Positions 20,784 through 24,068 of a DNA stretch of 24,068 bases are shown here, piece by piece; the stretch's first letter is position 1; each line of letters starts with the position of its first letter. The stretch comes from Cirrosporium novae-zelandiae (taxonomy: Eukaryota). A program made the translations under genes and the position numbers. Below the pieces are notes generated by a model. That model saw nothing but the letters and a program-made list of their open reading frames with translations, was not told the DNA's origin and ran no database searches. The stretch spans positions 124,001-148,068 of the forward strand of contig JAPETS010000054.1 of NCBI GenBank assembly GCA_026023565.1, read 5' to 3'.

Positions 20784-21265
20784 GTCCAAGCAATGTAAAG
20801 CGCATTGATAAGGATGAGGATTGACATCTGAAGTAGGAAGTGGCAACGTACTGTTAATGCAAGCGTCTTGAAGTTGAAGCCCTAGGAGGGCTTTCAAGAT
20901 TGTATTATGTTGAAGATACTACAAAATCGTGAATGAGGGGAACCATATCTTTAAATACACTAGGTTGCTATCTCCATAATTCTATAACTAACTTCAATAT
21001 ATTGCTATGTATTGGAGCAATAGTGTCATCGTCATTCTATTTCTGGATAAAGACAGTAATGGATTGGTCAATCTTATTTATAGATGATAACATTTGACAT
21101 TCAAGGAAAATAACGATGATGTTCCATGTCTATAACACAATTTCGGTTTCAAAGGGAGTTGAAGTATTTTACCCTTAGTGCTTTTGTTGGTCGGTTATTA
21201 TATTAGACGGTATTCTTAGCCGCTGTGGCGACAATAGGTACCAACGCGTTTCACCTAGCTTCTCG

Positions 21266-21316
21266 CCAATCCTAGAACTTTATTTACCGCCAATCAAAAC
21301 CTAGTTGTAACCAATC
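21266..21316 (+). promoter_or_regulatory. Three tandem CCAAT boxes upstream of the kinase gene
   Basis: CCAATC at 21266, 21290 and 21311, 140-190 bp before ATG 21452; a reverse copy (GATTGG) lies at 21062. Confidence 0.4.
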
Positions 21317-21451
21317 CCATCTCTCGTTTACTCCAACTAGTGACCTTATTCGCCTCGGAACACCATAAAGCTGGGTCTAACCATCTCCTCAATTGTTTTA
21401 AGCCATGTTCCTAACAAGTTATATTATTTCTTTTCTGGGTTTTAAGATATA

Positions 21452-22963
21452 ATGTCTGTGATAAAAAAGAGTATCATATACCCTCTGAGAACATTGCAGC
21501 ACTCACCTTGGGCCCCGTCTGCTGTGGTCCCACCGTTACTTGATAGGTCTCTACTTATAGAAGAGGAGAAAACACCTTACTATGATCCAAAACGGTTCTA
21601 TCCAGCTCGACTAGGTGAAGTTATTGGCGACAGATATCAACTTGCCACCAAACTTGGTTATGGCACTAGCTCCACTGTCTGGCTCGCAAGAGACCTCTAT
21701 CAGTTAGCGCCTACTTTCCTCGTTGGCTACATGTATATACTAATTATGTAGATGGCGTTGGCGTAATGAACGTTACGTCGCCATTAAGATCAACACTACC
21801 AGCCACCATTCTCGTAAAAACGCCGCTAAAGTTGAACTTGACATACTTCGACTTATCGGTGAAACTAACCCTCGACATCAAGGCTGGAATTTTGTCCGAA
21901 AGCTTCTCAGCTCATTCAATGTTGAAGGACCATATGGAAAGCATCCTTGTCTTGTTTTTGAACCATTGCGTGAGCCTCTGTGGCTATATAGTACCAGATT
22001 TGTAGATGATGTCATCCCCTCGGATATCCTGAAAATCATTCTTCAGATGGTCCTACAAGGTCTCGACTATCTTCACTCAGAGTGCCATATTATCCACACA
22101 GGTATGATTGGCCCAAGGTGGTCGATGGTTAACCTATCAAACCCCTCTAAGATATCCTCGGTTAATCGTTGCCATAGATCTAAAGCCAGACAACATTATG
22201 GTTGAGATAGAAGATAAATCAATTCTAGAACGTGACGCCCGAGATGAATTCGAAAGTCCTTTGCCACGAAAGCAATGTGAAGATGGGCGTATAATATATC
22301 TATCTCGGAATGACTACGGCCAGCCAACTCCCGCAACTGGAGTGATTCAAATCACCGATTTTGATCTATCAGTCCGAGGGGATATACCCCAAGCTGGCTG
22401 CATCCAGGCGGAGATTTACCGGGCACCAGAGGTTATTGTTAACGCAGGGTATACCTATAGTGCCGATATATGGAGTCTAGGAGTTATGGTATGCTTTGAT
22501 CCCCCCAAAGTTATTGTAAAACATTGACGTGACGAATTTACCTGCCAAGCTATGGGATTTACTTGAAGGAAAGAAGCTTTTTGAAGCAGTTGACCCGCAT
22601 AAGGTTGGCAGTTATGATGATGAAACACACCTTGCATATATCACCGCATTGCTAGGTCCTCCGCCAAAAGAGCTCCTATGCCATGGAGAAAGGTCTTCTA
22701 TGTTCTATAATAATGATGGTAAGAATGTAACAAAAGAAGCCTAGCCATACGTATTAATTCAAGAAATAGGAAGTCTTAAACATATTAAGGTTATGCCAAG
22801 AATGTTTACCTTTGAAGATGCCCTTCAAAAAATTAAAGGAGAAGACAAAGACATGTTCATTAAATTTATAAGTAGGATGATTACCTGGGAACCTAAAAAA
22901 CGAAGTACAGCGAAAGAATTACTTAACGATCCCTGGCTTTATATAGATAATTTGATTGAATAA
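21452..22963 (+). CDS. SRPK-like (CMGC) Ser/Thr protein kinase, 5 exons, about 424 aa
   Basis: Exons 21452-21702, 21752-22101, 22178-22488, 22550-22718 and 22770-22963 total 1275 nt with an open frame, and all introns are GT-AG. Motifs: [79 protein letters not shown]. Confidence 0.93.
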
Positions 22964-23559
22964 ACGAAATATTCGACCACAGTTATAGTTGGTGTTTTAA
23001 CTTCATTTATATTCATTTATTTATACATTCGTCGTGTTAGAACTAGTCTGGTGTGATGCCCATCTTCAGTATTTTATTACAACAGAAAGGCGAGTATTTA
23101 GCCGAGGTAAGCAAATTCTTCCCTCTCTATGATTCTCGTTCATCTTTTATCCATACTCCGTCCCTTTCCGTAGTATAGCTCTCGCCTCCTCCCTGGATGC
23201 TGTCTCCACTGCAATAATACTAATCCTGGAGTATTTTATTGCTTGCCTGTGATGACTAGTCACGAGAAGAATAATGTAGGAAGGTCATTCTATATATTGA
23301 ATCAACGGTTTATGCCCTGTATCAACACTCTTACTCTATCTCGTCGGCGGAAGATATAGGTATATAGGAAATTTCAAAAAAGTTTCGTTCAATAGGGGCA
23401 AAGTAACCCTTGAATCTAAAGGTGTTCTCGAACTACTAAATTTCTAAGAAACCCTAACCCAGATAGCTGATGGAATACTTTTGGGAGGGATGAGATATAC
23501 GCGGGGCGTGCGTATACGGCATTCTATAGGGAAAAAAGGTCGAGAGCTAGATTTTAAAG

Positions 23560-23800
23560 TGAAGAAAAGGTAAGAATATCAAAATTTAAAAATAAATATT
23601 TTTTAATATAAATAACACGGTTAGATTTATTTCGATAAATAACGTTTTATTTATTATAAATTTATAAAAAATATTAATAATTAATTTAATTAATTACGAA
23701 TTTCGATAAATAACACGTTATTTATTACGGAATTAATAATTTTTTTATAATTTTTATAAAAAAAAATTTTCTTCAATTTCAGATATAAAAACAAATTTAA
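23560..23800. repeat. Very AT-rich subtelomeric tract containing a duplicated 28-bp unit
   Basis: ATTTCGATAAATAACNNNTTATTTATTA at 23629-23656 and 23700-23727 (25/28 identical); partial copy at 23608-23619. Confidence 0.7.
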
Positions 23801-23941
23801 AGGGGAACAACCGCTGGAAGACCTCCAATGGACCCAGAAAACTAAAGGGGATACGTTAGGCCAACATTTGGCTATAACGACAGCCCAAGGGGTAGTAGAC
23901 CCGAGCTTTAGGGTCGAAAAAGCCCAAATAACCGAAGAAAA

Positions 23942-24068
23942 TAGGGTTAGGGTTAGGGTTAGGGTTAGGGTTAGGGTTAGGGTTAGGGTTAGGGTTAGGG
24001 TTAGGGTTAGGGTTAGGGTTAGGGTTAGGGTTAGGGTTAGGGTTAGGGTTAGGGTTAGGGTTAGGGTT
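23942..24068 (+). repeat. Telomere (TTAGGG)n, right end of the chromosome
   Basis: TAGGG at 23942, then 20 perfect TTAGGG units plus TT from 23947 to the window end, with the G-rich strand running towards the end. Confidence 0.99.

Noticed and set aside
23140..23230. Minus-strand peptide SRISIIAVETASREEARAILRKG, faintly like a LINE ORF1 segment
   Set aside because: Too short, flanked by stops, and no zinc knuckle, endonuclease or RT motif nearby.
23496..23516. Hairpin TATACGC-N7-GCGTATA as a Helitron 3' end
   Set aside because: No CTRR terminus at the expected distance and no Rep/helicase remnant.
1..24068. Starship, CRISPR array, rRNA or tRNA genes
   Set aside because: No tyrosine-recombinase captain, no repeat-spacer array and no recognisable structural RNA gene was seen.

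Overview
Eukaryotic (filamentous ascomycete, Pezizomycotina-type) chromosome end. Genes have short GT-AG introns with CTRAY branch points, and the window ends in a (TTAGGG)20 telomere. From left to right: an ECM11-domain protein; a loosely packed block holding a C2H2 zinc-finger gene (with a 7-nt microexon), a two-exon membrane protein, a pseudogene of a Cys-rich secreted protein and a 419-aa uncharacterised membrane protein; and a tight conserved block (RNF216/TRIAD3-like RBR E3 ligase, PAM16, PEX30/PEX23-like peroxin, mitochondrial ribosomal protein mL50). Distal to these are a 164-bp inverted-repeat element and a head-to-head pair made of a 96-aa spliced gene that the ORF track only partly shows and a five-exon SRPK-like kinase with DFD in place of DFG. 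About 1 kb of AT-rich subtelomere follows. All family assignments come from motifs recognised by eye; no database search was run. The small-gene/kinase pair is the best candidate for an undescribed module, but that is a hypothesis.
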